Below, one piece after another: positions 20,658 to 30,940 of a stretch of DNA of 64,000 bases. Positions within the stretch are counted from its first letter, which is position 1; every line of letters begins with the position of its first letter. A program made the translations under genes and the position numbers. Source of the stretch: an uncultured Thermoplasmata archaeon (GTDB lineage: Archaea; Thermoplasmatota; Thermoplasmata; UBA10834); NCBI GenBank assembly GCA_963719945.1, contig CAVRDX010000003.1, forward strand, positions 224,001 through 288,000. Reading direction: 5' to 3'. The notes below the pieces were generated by a model, which was not told the DNA's origin, made no database searches, and worked only from the letters and a program-made list of their open reading frames with translations.

Positions 20658-22537
20658 TCCACCTCCCTCAGATGGATCGATCCAAATGGACAGATCTTCG
20701 CGCATACATCGCACCTGTCACAGAGTTCCTCCGAGATCTCCACCTTTCTGTCATTATCATCGATCGAGATCGCCGGGCAGTGGAAGTTGCGTATGCATGT
20801 GTAGGGCTTCTTGCACACCTCCTTCGCGACCTCGTTTGACCTTATCGCCTCGCCCCTCCTGCGCTTCTGCCTGTCCGAATGAAGCGCGCACGCTCTCCTC
20901 GATATTATGACATTTGGGCCTTTTCGTGAGAGCGCATCTTTCATTGACCCTGTCGCGTTCTTGATGTCATATGGGTCGACTATCGTGATGTCCTCCAGAC
21001 CTAATCCGCCGATGACCTTCTCGAGGACCATGGGTTTTGAGGGTCTTCCACCTGCGCTGACATCAGAGCCCGGGTTAGGCTGCTGTCCGGTCATGGCCGT
21101 GACCTCATTGTCGAGCACGACCAGCGTGAAATCGTCTCCGTGATGCACTGCGTTGATCAATCCAGGGATGCCCGCATGATAGAATGTGGAATCTCCTATG
21201 ATCGCCACCACCTTCTCGTTCACGGCATATTGTATCCCGGAGGCGACCCCCATGCATGCTCCCATGCATAGTAGCGAGTCTCCATAATTGACAGGTTCGA
21301 GGAAGCTCAACGAATAGCAGCCTATGTCCGTTGCGACGACGTGTTTGACCCCTTTCAGTGCCTGCCTCAATGCATGCAACGAGGCCCTATGTGGGCAACC
21401 GGGGCAGAAGGTCGGGTACCTGTTCGGCAGTCCCTTCTTGAGGTCCTTCGCTCTTTCCAGGATGGCTGAGTAATCTACCGGTTTCTCCATGCCAAATGCC
21501 GTGGCAATTCCGTCAACCACGATGTTTGTGTTATATTCGAAAGCCTCGCTGAAGATACCATTCCTCTTCCCGTGGATCGTTATGGTCGGGTTCGCTTCCC
21601 TCGCGATGGATTCTACATGCAGTTCGAGGTATGGGGAGAGTTCCTCGACTATCACCACGGTCTTGAGCTTCTTCAAGAATCCAGCTATTAGCTTCCTTGG
21701 GATCGGGTAGGTGGCCCCAAGCTTGAGGACCGATACCGTGAGCCCCAAAATCCTGCACGCATCGACCGCGTAATTGTATCCCGCTCCGGACGCGATTATT
21801 CCGATATCCGAACCGGTTCCGCTGATCGTGTTCAACGGTGACTCGTTGAACTCCTCCTCAATCTTCCTTGTCCTCTCAAGGAGTGCAAGCTTGAATGTGC
21901 GGGCGGATTCGGCGACGGTGACGAATCTCCCAGGAGGATGGTCCCAAGCGAGCTTGGCATAGGGCTTCCGTTCGACCTTCCCGAAATCCGCCACGCCGCT
22001 CTGATGGCTGACCCTCGTGGTGGTTCTGATGACCACAGGGACCCCGTATTTCTCAGACAGCTCGAAAGCCGATCCAACCATGAGCATGGCTTCCTGCGGA
22101 TCGGATGGCTCGATCATGGGTATGTACGAGCTCATGCCAAAATACCGCCCATCCTGCTCAGATTGCGACGAGTGCGCTGTTGGATCGTCAGCCACGACAA
22201 GTACCAAACCCCCTTTCACGCCAGTATACGATAGCGAATAGAATGCATCTGATGCGACGTTGAGTCCAACGCTCTTCATGCTGGTCATCGACCGCAACCC
22301 TGCCATCGATGCGCCTGCACAAGTCTCGAGGGCGACCTTCTCATTGGCCGAGATCTCCATCCTGTAATCGAATTTCGATGCGACTGATGAGAAAGTGTCA
22401 AGTATTTCTGTCGTGGGCGATCCGGGATATGCAGATACAATCTTGACATCCGCTTCTATGGCCGCTCTGACTATCGCCTCATTGCACAATACGAATACTT
22501 TTCCAGGCTCATCCCTGAGGACATCATTCACACCCAC
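20654..22537 (-). CDS. iorA: Indolepyruvate:ferredoxin oxidoreductase alpha subunit
   Basis: NEAIVR, YPGSPTTE, NEKVALE, CPGCPHR, TPP motif GDSTFYH...LDN and C-terminal ferredoxin cysteines. The likely start is GTG 22537. Confidence 0.95.
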   Translation of the reverse strand: MGVNDVLRDEPGKVFVLCNEAIVRAAIEADVKIVSAYPGSPTTEILDTFSSVASKFDYRMEISANEKVALETCAGASMAGLRSMTSMKSVGLNVASDAFYSLSYTGVKGGLVLVVADDPTAHSSQSEQDGRYFGMSSYIPMIEPSDPQEAMLMVGSAFELSEKYGVPVVIRTTTRVSHQSGVADFGKVERKPYAKLAWDHPPGRFVTVAESARTFKLALLERTRKIEEEFNESPLNTISGTGSDIGIIASGAGYNYAVDACRILGLTVSVLKLGATYPIPRKLIAGFLKKLKTVVIVEELSPYLELHVESIAREANPTITIHGKRNGIFSEAFEYNTNIVVDGIATAFGMEKPVDYSAILERAKDLKKGLPNRYPTFCPGCPHRASLHALRQALKGVKHVVATDIGCYSLSFLEPVNYGDSLLCMGACMGVASGIQYAVNEKVVAIIGDSTFYHAGIPGLINAVHHGDDFTLVVLDNEVTAMTGQQPNPGSDVSAGGRPSKPMVLEKVIGGLGLEDITIVDPYDIKNATGSMKDALSRKGPNVIISRRACALHSDRQKRRRGEAIRSNEVAKEVCKKPYTCIRNFHCPAISIDDNDRKVEISEELCDRCDVCAKICPFGSIHLREVE

Positions 22538-22642
22538 GATCACCACTTCCTCATCTACTGCAATCAGCAAGCACGCTAATTGTGTTTGTGGTATGGTGCG
22601 GAGGGGGAGCTTTCTTTCCCCGAACGTTTCAGGGGCGCCCCA

Positions 22643-23215
22643 TCATTCCTTTGGCTTCACCCGTATGTCCATTACTTCCTGGAGCTTTCTCCGGACGCCG
22701 AGCGGATTGGGCACCGCCTCCCAGACGACTGAACCTTTCTTCCCTTGTGTGCTCTGAGTGCTGAAGTAGATCGTGCCATAGCGGAGTATCCTCTTGCCTA
22801 CAGATTGGGATATGTCCACCTTGGTGATCATGCCGAGCGGGATGTCGTCGTAGCTCTTGTTCAGGATGCCTTTCTGCGTTATGAGCCGTTCATCCGTCAC
22901 GGCGTATATCGTGCTTCCCCATCTGAACCATTTTATGAGGAAATAAAGCAGCGAGAGCACGAAGATCCCCAACGCAGCCCATTCGATGTACTGCCCATAT
23001 TCGCCATCGAGGTATTCCTGTATGTACGGTAACTCCGGATCGTTAGGCAGATACTGCCAGAGGAATACCGTCAGTGCTAATAATCCCATCAAGATCACGA
23101 TGGTCGCCGAGATCATGTATTTCAGAGCGCTAGGCCTGGATTCGAATACGACACGTTCGTCGCTCGATAACAGTCCTCTTGTGATGTGTTTGGCCTTCTT
23201 AGCCATTTTTCCCAA
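22643..23215 (-). CDS. Membrane protein with a bacterial PH-like (bPH_2) domain
   Basis: Two TM helices, then YAVTDERL..QKGIL...I..V.ISQS....L.YGTI. Confidence 0.8.
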   Translation of the reverse strand: MGKMAKKAKHITRGLLSSDERVVFESRPSALKYMISATIVILMGLLALTVFLWQYLPNDPELPYIQEYLDGEYGQYIEWAALGIFVLSLLYFLIKWFRWGSTIYAVTDERLITQKGILNKSYDDIPLGMITKVDISQSVGKRILRYGTIYFSTQSTQGKKGSVVWEAVPNPLGVRRKLQEVMDIRVKPKE

Positions 23216-23244
23216 CCCTGTGGTGTCATGATGGTCTGAGATAT

Positions 23245-24954
23245 TTAGACTTGACCTGACGGCGCCTCTGATAAGGCAGTCAGCAACGCCTTCGGTTCTG
23301 TGATCTTATCGGAACAGTTATTGCCTCTGCATATGACAACGTATTCTCCAGAATCATGCGTCCGATGATGTGGCATTATCACTATCCGCTGGTCGAATAC
23401 ACTCTTAGTAGCCTTCCACAGCTCCGAATGCTGAGCCTCTTGCCGAGGATTCAGATATACATCGACGTGGATGATGCCACTCCTGACGACATCAATTGCC
23501 GTCAGATACGACGCGCCGAAGATTCCGTGAGCCGTCACATGACGCTGGTCGAATGTTTCGAGCACTTCTCGCGCCTCCTGCAGGAGTCTCTCATCATCGC
23601 TCAGACCGCTGAACATGGCGAGTTCATATGCGTATTTGGAATTGGATATCAGGGATCGGTGCGCTCTCCTCAAGTCGCCTATGACATCATCATCAACGAT
23701 GATGTCAGCGCGTCCCCCATCCACATGCTCGTAGGCTCTATCGATGCTCACTATCACTCTTTTCGCATGTTCAACGAGGTCTTTCTTACCGGAGAACTCA
23801 AGATATGTCCGGATCGACGATAGGTGGGAGACCTGATCATCGAATAGATATAGATCCTGGGACCGGGTGTGTCGGACCAGGTCAGATCCTGGGTCCAATA
23901 GCTCCCTCATGGAGAATTCGAATGCCCTAATGCCCGCAGCGGTCCAATCATCCCTGCCTGTCCTAGACCCCGCATCGATGAGAGCATGGCTCGCATCTGC
24001 ATTCCATCCCGCATAGACTGTCCTGTCTATTGATGGTGGTATGAGCTTTCGACGGTCAGCTTTGCCAGATCTATAGTAGTTCTCCTGGGCGTCTTGACTT
24101 CCGAAGAACCCGCCCGAGTCACCGTCCTGCAGGACCGATATCATGTAGTTCGCAACACCCTGGGCTATTTCGAGGAAGCGTTCATCTCCGAGCACGATGT
24201 GCGCATGGATCAGATTCTTCAGGAACCCGGAATTCGTGTCTAACATCTTTTCATAATGCGGGATCTTCCAGTCCCTAGAGACCGAATATCTGAACAGTCC
24301 GCCGTCAATCTCATCATACAGCCCTTCCGAGATGCCGAACAGGGTATGTCTCATGATGGCTGCAAGTCTTTGGCTATTCACGCGCGCATATCTGTCCGCC
24401 ATCAATTCGATTACGTCTGGATGCGGAAATTTCGGTTCATCTCCGAACCCTCCGTGTTCATGATCGTACGCTATCAATATCTCTTCGAACAATGAGTCAA
24501 GGTCGTCTTTGACCACATCTCCGCTAGATTTCTTGTTCTTGGATGGAAAGTCAAGATGTGGCATTCTCACCTTTGCCAACGCTCGTTCTATCTCTCCATT
24601 CTTCTTGGCGGCCAGAATGGATCCCATGATCCTATGCATGTCCTCGGGTGGAATGTAGGTGGTCCCCCAGATGTTCTCACCCTTGCATGATAGAAACGCG
24701 GTAGTGGGGAACCCCCCTCGATTGTATCTCTCAGATATGTCCGGCCTCATGTCTATATCGACTCTGATGGGGATGAAATTCTCATGCACCATCAGGATGA
24801 TGTCAGGGTCGGAATAGGTGGTTTCGTCCATGACATGGCACCAATGGCACCATGATGCCGTGAGATCCAGTAATATAAGCTTCTCTGATTCCTTGGCCGC
24901 TTGGAAGCTATCCTTTGACCAATCTCTCCAAATTACACTTCTGGGATCTGTCAT
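23245..24954 (-). CDS. Thioredoxin-domain DUF255 / YyaL-like protein
   Basis: WCHWCHVMD, GGFPTT, GGFGDEPKFP and PHYEKML. Confidence 0.9.
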   Translation of the reverse strand: MTDPRSVIWRDWSKDSFQAAKESEKLILLDLTASWCHWCHVMDETTYSDPDIILMVHENFIPIRVDIDMRPDISERYNRGGFPTTAFLSCKGENIWGTTYIPPEDMHRIMGSILAAKKNGEIERALAKVRMPHLDFPSKNKKSSGDVVKDDLDSLFEEILIAYDHEHGGFGDEPKFPHPDVIELMADRYARVNSQRLAAIMRHTLFGISEGLYDEIDGGLFRYSVSRDWKIPHYEKMLDTNSGFLKNLIHAHIVLGDERFLEIAQGVANYMISVLQDGDSGGFFGSQDAQENYYRSGKADRRKLIPPSIDRTVYAGWNADASHALIDAGSRTGRDDWTAAGIRAFEFSMRELLDPGSDLVRHTRSQDLYLFDDQVSHLSSIRTYLEFSGKKDLVEHAKRVIVSIDRAYEHVDGGRADIIVDDDVIGDLRRAHRSLISNSKYAYELAMFSGLSDDERLLQEAREVLETFDQRHVTAHGIFGASYLTAIDVVRSGIIHVDVYLNPRQEAQHSELWKATKSVFDQRIVIMPHHRTHDSGEYVVICRGNNCSDKITEPKALLTALSEAPSGQV

Positions 24955-25192
24955 TGCGAAGTCTGTCCCCTGATGAAAGTCGGCTCTGACAATAAGATTG
25001 ACGCCAATTGGAAATCAATGTGCTCCCGAACATGACGCAGTCGTGTTGACCGCTGGCCATATCAGCAACATCATTTGCTGCTGCAAATTCTATTTATATG
25101 GATTAACCACCTACTAATTCGTCGAAATACGCTCTTCCCCCCCGTTGAGCGTGAGAGTGTTAGTGCTATTTGCTGTAAAGGAGATTCTTGAT

Positions 25193-28100
25193 ATGAAGAG
25201 GACAGATAGACTTGTGAGTTTGGGCTTGGCATGGCTATTGTGCGTATCATTTGTTGCAGGACTCGCTGTGATTCCCTCCAGCAGTGAAGCCGCTGAACTT
25301 CCAGATGACGCGACTATTGAGGGTTTGGTCACATCTGACGGGACCACTCCTGTCGAAGACGCCTATGTCAAAGTCATGCTGATGATGGGAGACGGAATAC
25401 AGGTGAACTACAGCTTCACCGACTCCTCGGGATACTATAATATCAACTTGACTGGCGGCTATGACTACGTCGTCTTCGTCGCTCATAAGGATTATTACTT
25501 CGCCATGAGCCAGACGTCGGTTCAATCCGGCGAGACGGTTCAGAGGGATTTCACGCTCGAGGCCATATCACCCACCGACGAGACGTCTGTACTGATCAAG
25601 GGATTCGCCCTGGATGAAGCGGACGATCCAGTGACAGATGGCAATATCTTCGCCTTCTCGAGCGACCCCTCTGGGTCGGATAACATGCCATACTTTGGCA
25701 ACCTGACCACCGCAGACGGCACCGGATACTTTGAAGTTCATGTGATTCCGAGCACGACCGGTGGCGGTGTATTTCTGATGGACCTCGAGGGCAGCAGCGT
25801 CATGATCGGCAACGAGACCACTGATCCACTTGAGGATGGACAGTCGTACTGGATGAACATCACGGTGACCGCCCCAGTGTTCGATGACGATGCTCACCTA
25901 TATGGATATGTCACCGATTCGACCACGAGCTCACCGATTCCAGGTGTGATGATCTCGGTGGACATCTACGATGATATGGCCGATGAAAGTTACTTCAACT
26001 ACACCATTACTGATGCTTCTGGATACTTCGATATCAACGTTTCGAGCGGATCGATGGATATCCAGTTCCAGAAATATGGGTACGCATCCTATATGGGGTG
26101 GGAGACCTTGGTCGAGGCAGGAGATGACCTCGATATGTCTGTCGAGCTCACGCCGACCGTTGCTACCATTCGGGGCAACATCACAGACGCCATCACTACC
26201 GATCCCCTGTCATACAGCAGTGTTATACTCTACGACGGTGCCAATACTGTATCCAGCGCGACGAGCAATGGGACAGGTTACTACGAACTCCGTGCGTTTG
26301 AGGGAGCAGACCTCCAACTCTTCACCGAGGTCCGGGGATACTCCCGAGGATATGAGGTCATCGATGTGAGCTCCGGAGACGAGCTATGGTACGATTTCGA
26401 ACTCTACCCCGTCGATGCTTGGCTGACTGGGAATGTGACTGATATGATCACCGGAGATCCTCTTGAGGACGCATATATCTCCGTGTCGTCCGACAACTAT
26501 GATGAATGGGCCAGCACCAACGCTACCGGGTACTACAACATCTCTCTGGTCTCGGGAACATATAATGTCCGAATCGGAGCAAATGACTACATGGAAAATC
26601 AGAGCACGGTCGAAGTGTTGCCCGATGCAGAGACCATACATGACGTTGAATTGTTGCCATGGAACCTGCCGACAACTGTGCTGTTGCACGGATGGGTGAA
26701 CGACAGTATATCGAATGATGGCATACCCTATGCTGATGTTGTTGTATATCTCGCGGACAGTTACTACAACAACCGTACAATGGCCAACATGACAGGATAC
26801 TATGAGATGTACGTGCCACCAATCCTGTTGTCTCAATATGCCTGGGCGGAAGATTATGGGCCCTACTTCGGATCGATCGATGCTGCTGGCGTCACGGACC
26901 TTGAGCTGAACATCCTCTTGGGCTCAGACACATATGATCCGAACGGAAGCTGCAGTCAGAGTCCCACGGAGAACATAACATGGTTCAACCCAGAATGGTT
27001 GCACTATGAAGTTCAAGAATTCAATCTCCGTTCGATGCAGCTCCTGGTCTTCATGAACCAATCCACATCCGGTACAATGACGAATTACAGCCTTATTAGA
27101 TACTGGGGGATGTCGAATGAGCCGACTAACTACTACTCGAATCTGCCCTATTCTGTCGTTGGCGACCAATATACAGTTGATGTATATTGGAACGCCACCG
27201 CCGATGCGGGTTGGCTCAGCGCGCCCGGGAACGATGATCTGTATATCCCGTTTACCATGTACAACTACTATTCTGATGAGTACTATGGGGTCAGCGGATA
27301 CTACAGCAATTCATCAGTCACCCTGGAGTCAGGCTATGCGATGTTCGATACCCTGACAGGTGAGTATGTCACTTTCGTCTTCAACAACTGGACCGATACA
27401 GGGTTCGATGATATGGATGGCGCCTTCAGCCCCTATGGCACATTCCTTCAGTTGGATTGGGACTTGAGCTACTCTGGCATGGAACAAGGTCCCATACTTG
27501 GAGAATGGTCTGTCGATGGTCTGATGCTCCAATATGACTACATCGTCCCGAGCACCAATTACGTGGCTCTATTCATGGCGAATGACTGGGGCGAAAACGG
27601 CTGGGGGAATCTGTCCGCCATGTCTGTTGACAATGACCCTCCCGTCGCAGATGCCGGTGGGGATATGACGGAAGTCGTGAACACGACCGTCACCATGGAT
27701 GCGACTGACTCTAGTGACAATGTCGGGATCGTCAGCTATGTCTGGGAGTTCGAAGACCCGGTCGGGTCTCCACAGACTCTGACCGGTATATCGGTCGACT
27801 ACGAATTCGATACGATAGGCGATTACACGGTGACTCTGACAGTGACTGATGGCGCAGGCCATGAAGGTGTCGACACCTTCGTGATCACTGTTACGCCCGA
27901 TGCCATACCAGTCGCTAATGCCGGTGTTGATTTCACGGTGGATGAGGACGAACCAGCGATATTCAATGGCACTGGCTCATCCGATGACGTGATGATTATT
28001 GAGAACTACACCTGGACCATCCTGTCCCTCGATATCACGATGTATGGTGTGTCGCCGAATTATACATTCGTCGACCCAGGGGCTTATTCGGTCGAGCTAA

Positions 28101-29149
28101 TCGTGACTGATTCGATCGGGCAGGCATCAGAACCAGACACCGTCGTTGTTACAGTGGAGGATGTGACTCTCCCTGTCGCTGATGCGGGGTCAGATGAGAC
28201 AATATCGTTCGGAACTGAAGTGACATTGGATGGCTCAGACTCTTCGGACAATTCCGGCACCATAGACTCGTATGTGTGGACCTTCGATGATGACGGTTCG
28301 GTCGAGCTGATGGGTGAGACAGTGCATTATGAGTTCACCGCACCCGGTGAATTCACCGTGACCCTCACGGTCACCGATGCAGCCGGTCTGGAAGACACTG
28401 ACATCGTGGTCATCACCGTGGTGGATGATGAAGCCCCGTTGGCCGATGCAGGTCCTGACCAGACGGATGTTGAAGCGGGCGACACGGTGACACTCGATGG
28501 AACCGGTTCTAGCGACAATGTCGGAGTCGTGGAGTATGTTTGGACATTCGTTGACGGGACATCACAGGAACTCACGGGCATGACGGTGGACTACACCTTC
28601 GATAACGAAGGCGAATTCACTATCACCCTGACCGTTACCGATGCTGCAGGTTTCAGCGATACGGACATTGTCGTGGTTCTTGTGTCCATGGCGAATGACC
28701 CGCCAGTGGCTGATGCGGGTGCGAATCAGAACGTCAAGGTCGACGCCACCGTGACTCTCGACGCGTCGGGGTCCACTGACGACAACATGATTGTCACATA
28801 CACATGGACATTCGATTACGATGGTGAACCGGTCGTACTGACTGGTGTCGAGCAGGAATTCGTATTCGAGCTTGCAGGAACATATGATATCACCCTGACG
28901 GTCACGGATGCTCAGGGTCTGTCCGATACTGACACTGTCCGTATTGTAGTCGAATCGAGCGCGATGTCCTTCATCGCGGACTACTGGTGGGCATTCGCAG
29001 TGATAGCCGCTGCAGTGGTGATAGGTGTCGCCGCGGCTCTGATGAGTCGGGGCAAGGGTGGAAAAGGAAAGGCCTCACCGCCCAATGAGAACGAAATCGC
29101 CGACGAGTTTGACGATGACGATCTCCCGCCACCGGACGACGAGCTATAG
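25193..29149 (+). CDS. Large cell-surface protein: carboxypeptidase-regulatory-like beta-sandwich repeats, ~5 PKD domains and a C-terminal TM anchor
   Basis: Signal peptide, repeated 'G.VTD..T..P...A.V....T...GYY' units, repeated 'PVADAG.D..V....V.LDGS.SSDN..IVSY.WTF' units, then a TM helix and acidic tail. Confidence 0.88.
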   Translation: MKRTDRLVSLGLAWLLCVSFVAGLAVIPSSSEAAELPDDATIEGLVTSDGTTPVEDAYVKVMLMMGDGIQVNYSFTDSSGYYNINLTGGYDYVVFVAHKDYYFAMSQTSVQSGETVQRDFTLEAISPTDETSVLIKGFALDEADDPVTDGNIFAFSSDPSGSDNMPYFGNLTTADGTGYFEVHVIPSTTGGGVFLMDLEGSSVMIGNETTDPLEDGQSYWMNITVTAPVFDDDAHLYGYVTDSTTSSPIPGVMISVDIYDDMADESYFNYTITDASGYFDINVSSGSMDIQFQKYGYASYMGWETLVEAGDDLDMSVELTPTVATIRGNITDAITTDPLSYSSVILYDGANTVSSATSNGTGYYELRAFEGADLQLFTEVRGYSRGYEVIDVSSGDELWYDFELYPVDAWLTGNVTDMITGDPLEDAYISVSSDNYDEWASTNATGYYNISLVSGTYNVRIGANDYMENQSTVEVLPDAETIHDVELLPWNLPTTVLLHGWVNDSISNDGIPYADVVVYLADSYYNNRTMANMTGYYEMYVPPILLSQYAWAEDYGPYFGSIDAAGVTDLELNILLGSDTYDPNGSCSQSPTENITWFNPEWLHYEVQEFNLRSMQLLVFMNQSTSGTMTNYSLIRYWGMSNEPTNYYSNLPYSVVGDQYTVDVYWNATADAGWLSAPGNDDLYIPFTMYNYYSDEYYGVSGYYSNSSVTLESGYAMFDTLTGEYVTFVFNNWTDTGFDDMDGAFSPYGTFLQLDWDLSYSGMEQGPILGEWSVDGLMLQYDYIVPSTNYVALFMANDWGENGWGNLSAMSVDNDPPVADAGGDMTEVVNTTVTMDATDSSDNVGIVSYVWEFEDPVGSPQTLTGISVDYEFDTIGDYTVTLTVTDGAGHEGVDTFVITVTPDAIPVANAGVDFTVDEDEPAIFNGTGSSDDVMIIENYTWTILSLDITMYGVSPNYTFVDPGAYSVELIVTDSIGQASEPDTVVVTVEDVTLPVADAGSDETISFGTEVTLDGSDSSDNSGTIDSYVWTFDDDGSVELMGETVHYEFTAPGEFTVTLTVTDAAGLEDTDIVVITVVDDEAPLADAGPDQTDVEAGDTVTLDGTGSSDNVGVVEYVWTFVDGTSQELTGMTVDYTFDNEGEFTITLTVTDAAGFSDTDIVVVLVSMANDPPVADAGANQNVKVDATVTLDASGSTDDNMIVTYTWTFDYDGEPVVLTGVEQEFVFELAGTYDITLTVTDAQGLSDTDTVRIVVESSAMSFIADYWWAFAVIAAAVVIGVAAALMSRGKGGKGKASPPNENEIADEFDDDDLPPPDDEL

Positions 29150-29222
29150 TCCTGCTCTGAATGACAAAACCATTTCCTTCAAACCTTTTCGATATATCTC
29201 TTATTCAAGGTCTGTTCGAGAA

Positions 29223-30086
29223 TCATCGGCTCTTCGAGAGTATTGTGATCAGCCCATCGATTGAGAGTGGCCGTTCATCGACGTTGCTGTCATCAAATCC
29301 GAGGCTTTTGAATATCCTCGCGACCGTCGGGAGTACCAGGCCTGCTGATTCCAGCAACTTTTCGTCATATAATATGTCCCTGGGTTTCCCTTCAGCCAGG
29401 ATACCTCCGTCTTTGACTATGCATACCCTGTCCGCCAGGCGAGCGGCCATGTCGATGTCGTGGAGTGCAACCACAACGCTGATCCCATGCTCATCGCGCA
29501 ATGATCTCAATATCTCCTCGATCCTCTTGGCGTTGGATGGGTCAAGGTCCCCCGTGGGTTCGTCGGCCACTAGTATCTTGGGCTGCATTGCAAGAATGCC
29601 CGCGATAGCCACCAATCTTTTCTGACCTCCGCTGAGGTAGTGCGGGACCTTATCCGTCTCCTTCATGCCGACAACGTCCAAGGCCCATTTTGCCGTCTTC
29701 ATCGATTCCTCTGGTGACATGCCCTGGTTGAGCGGTCCGAACATGACATCCTCTATGACGGTAGGTGAGAACAACTGCGCATCTGCGTTCTGGAAGACCA
29801 GCCCCACCAGTCTCCTGATGTCTACGAGGTTCTTCCGGTCTATCTCCTTCCCGAAAATGCTCACTCTGCCGACATTTGGCATCATGAGTCCGTTGAGGTG
29901 TTCTATGAGTGTCGATTTGCCCGCACCGTTCGGTCCGCACAGTGCGACTATCTCCTTCGGATAGACTCTGAAGCACATCCCATGGATGCCTTCGGTGCCA
30001 TCTGCATATCGATGCGTCACGCAATCCACGTGGACGATAGAATCCCTCGCCTCACCGCACGTTGGGCAATTTGTATCCTGAGTCAT
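29223..30086 (-). CDS. cbiO: ECF transporter ATPase (CbiO/NikO)
   Basis: GPNGAGKST, VFQNADAQLF, LSGGQKRLVAIAG and ADEPT. Confidence 0.9.
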   Translation of the reverse strand: MTQDTNCPTCGEARDSIVHVDCVTHRYADGTEGIHGMCFRVYPKEIVALCGPNGAGKSTLIEHLNGLMMPNVGRVSIFGKEIDRKNLVDIRRLVGLVFQNADAQLFSPTVIEDVMFGPLNQGMSPEESMKTAKWALDVVGMKETDKVPHYLSGGQKRLVAIAGILAMQPKILVADEPTGDLDPSNAKRIEEILRSLRDEHGISVVVALHDIDMAARLADRVCIVKDGGILAEGKPRDILYDEKLLESAGLVLPTVARIFKSLGFDDSNVDERPLSIDGLITILSKSR

Positions 30087-30090
30087 CTGC

Positions 30091-30918
30091 TCACCACCAT
30101 ACCATGCTCGGATCGAAATACCTGATGTATACGGAGATTGCGAGGATGGCGACTCCTAACGCGAAGATCGATGCTCCAGCAATCGAAGGTCTGGGTGCAC
30201 GTTCCATTACTGGCATGTCCCCTGTGAATCCTCTTGATTCCATTGCTTTTGCTATCCTCTCCGCCCGTTCGAATGCGTGGATGAATGCGAGTCCGAATAT
30301 TCCTGCAAACAATTTCGTCTGTCTCGAGACTCCTTTGACCAACCCACCATTCCTCGAGTGTATCGCATCTATCACATCGGTGACCTCGTCCGAGGTCACG
30401 AACAGGAACCTATAGGAAAGAAGGAAGACCGTCGCCAGGGTCCTGGGCATCATCCTGCGAGCGAGATGCGCTATGTGACTGTATCGTGAACTCATGAACA
30501 GCGCCAAAGAGAATGTAACCACTGCAAGCGCCCTGATTAGCAGTTTGTACATCAGAACGATGCCATTGTCCGTCACTTGTATGTGAGATCCGAAGAGGTC
30601 AACCGCTGCCACCTCGGCCCCGGGCTCTGTGAATATGAACATTATCGCAAGGGTGAGAACGAACATGGCGGGGAGCGTATACCATCCGAGGAGAACCTTG
30701 AATGGGAGCTTGGCGGCGAGGTAGAATGCCAGGCAGGAGATGTATAGGATCGATATCAGTATTGGATCGATCAATACGGTCGCGAGGCACACGACAATCG
30801 TGAGCAATCCTGCTTTCGTCCAAAGGCTCATTGAGTGAATCTTGCTGTTGCCACTCTCTCCGAAATGAGTGACCAGCCTGAAATCCGGGATGTGCTTCGA
30901 ATATGATCTCCTAGACAT
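30091..30918 (-). CDS. cbiQ: ECF transporter T component (CbiQ/NikQ)
   Basis: Multi-TM protein with SRN and AMESRGF coupling motifs. The likely start is ATG 30918. Confidence 0.88.
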   Translation of the reverse strand: MSRRSYSKHIPDFRLVTHFGESGNSKIHSMSLWTKAGLLTIVVCLATVLIDPILISILYISCLAFYLAAKLPFKVLLGWYTLPAMFVLTLAIMFIFTEPGAEVAAVDLFGSHIQVTDNGIVLMYKLLIRALAVVTFSLALFMSSRYSHIAHLARRMMPRTLATVFLLSYRFLFVTSDEVTDVIDAIHSRNGGLVKGVSRQTKLFAGIFGLAFIHAFERAERIAKAMESRGFTGDMPVMERAPRPSIAGASIFALGVAILAISVYIRYFDPSMVWW

Positions 30919-30940
30919 CCATTCATCTCCAGGTGTCTTG

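Noticed and set aside
27630-28950. Repeated DNA-level similarity as a CRISPR array or tandem repeat
   Set aside because: These are degenerate in-frame PKD domain repeats with no identical repeat-spacer structure.
29135-29149. C-terminal DDEL resembling an ER-retention signal
   Set aside because: It is part of a generally acidic cytoplasmic tail in an archaeon and is expected by chance.
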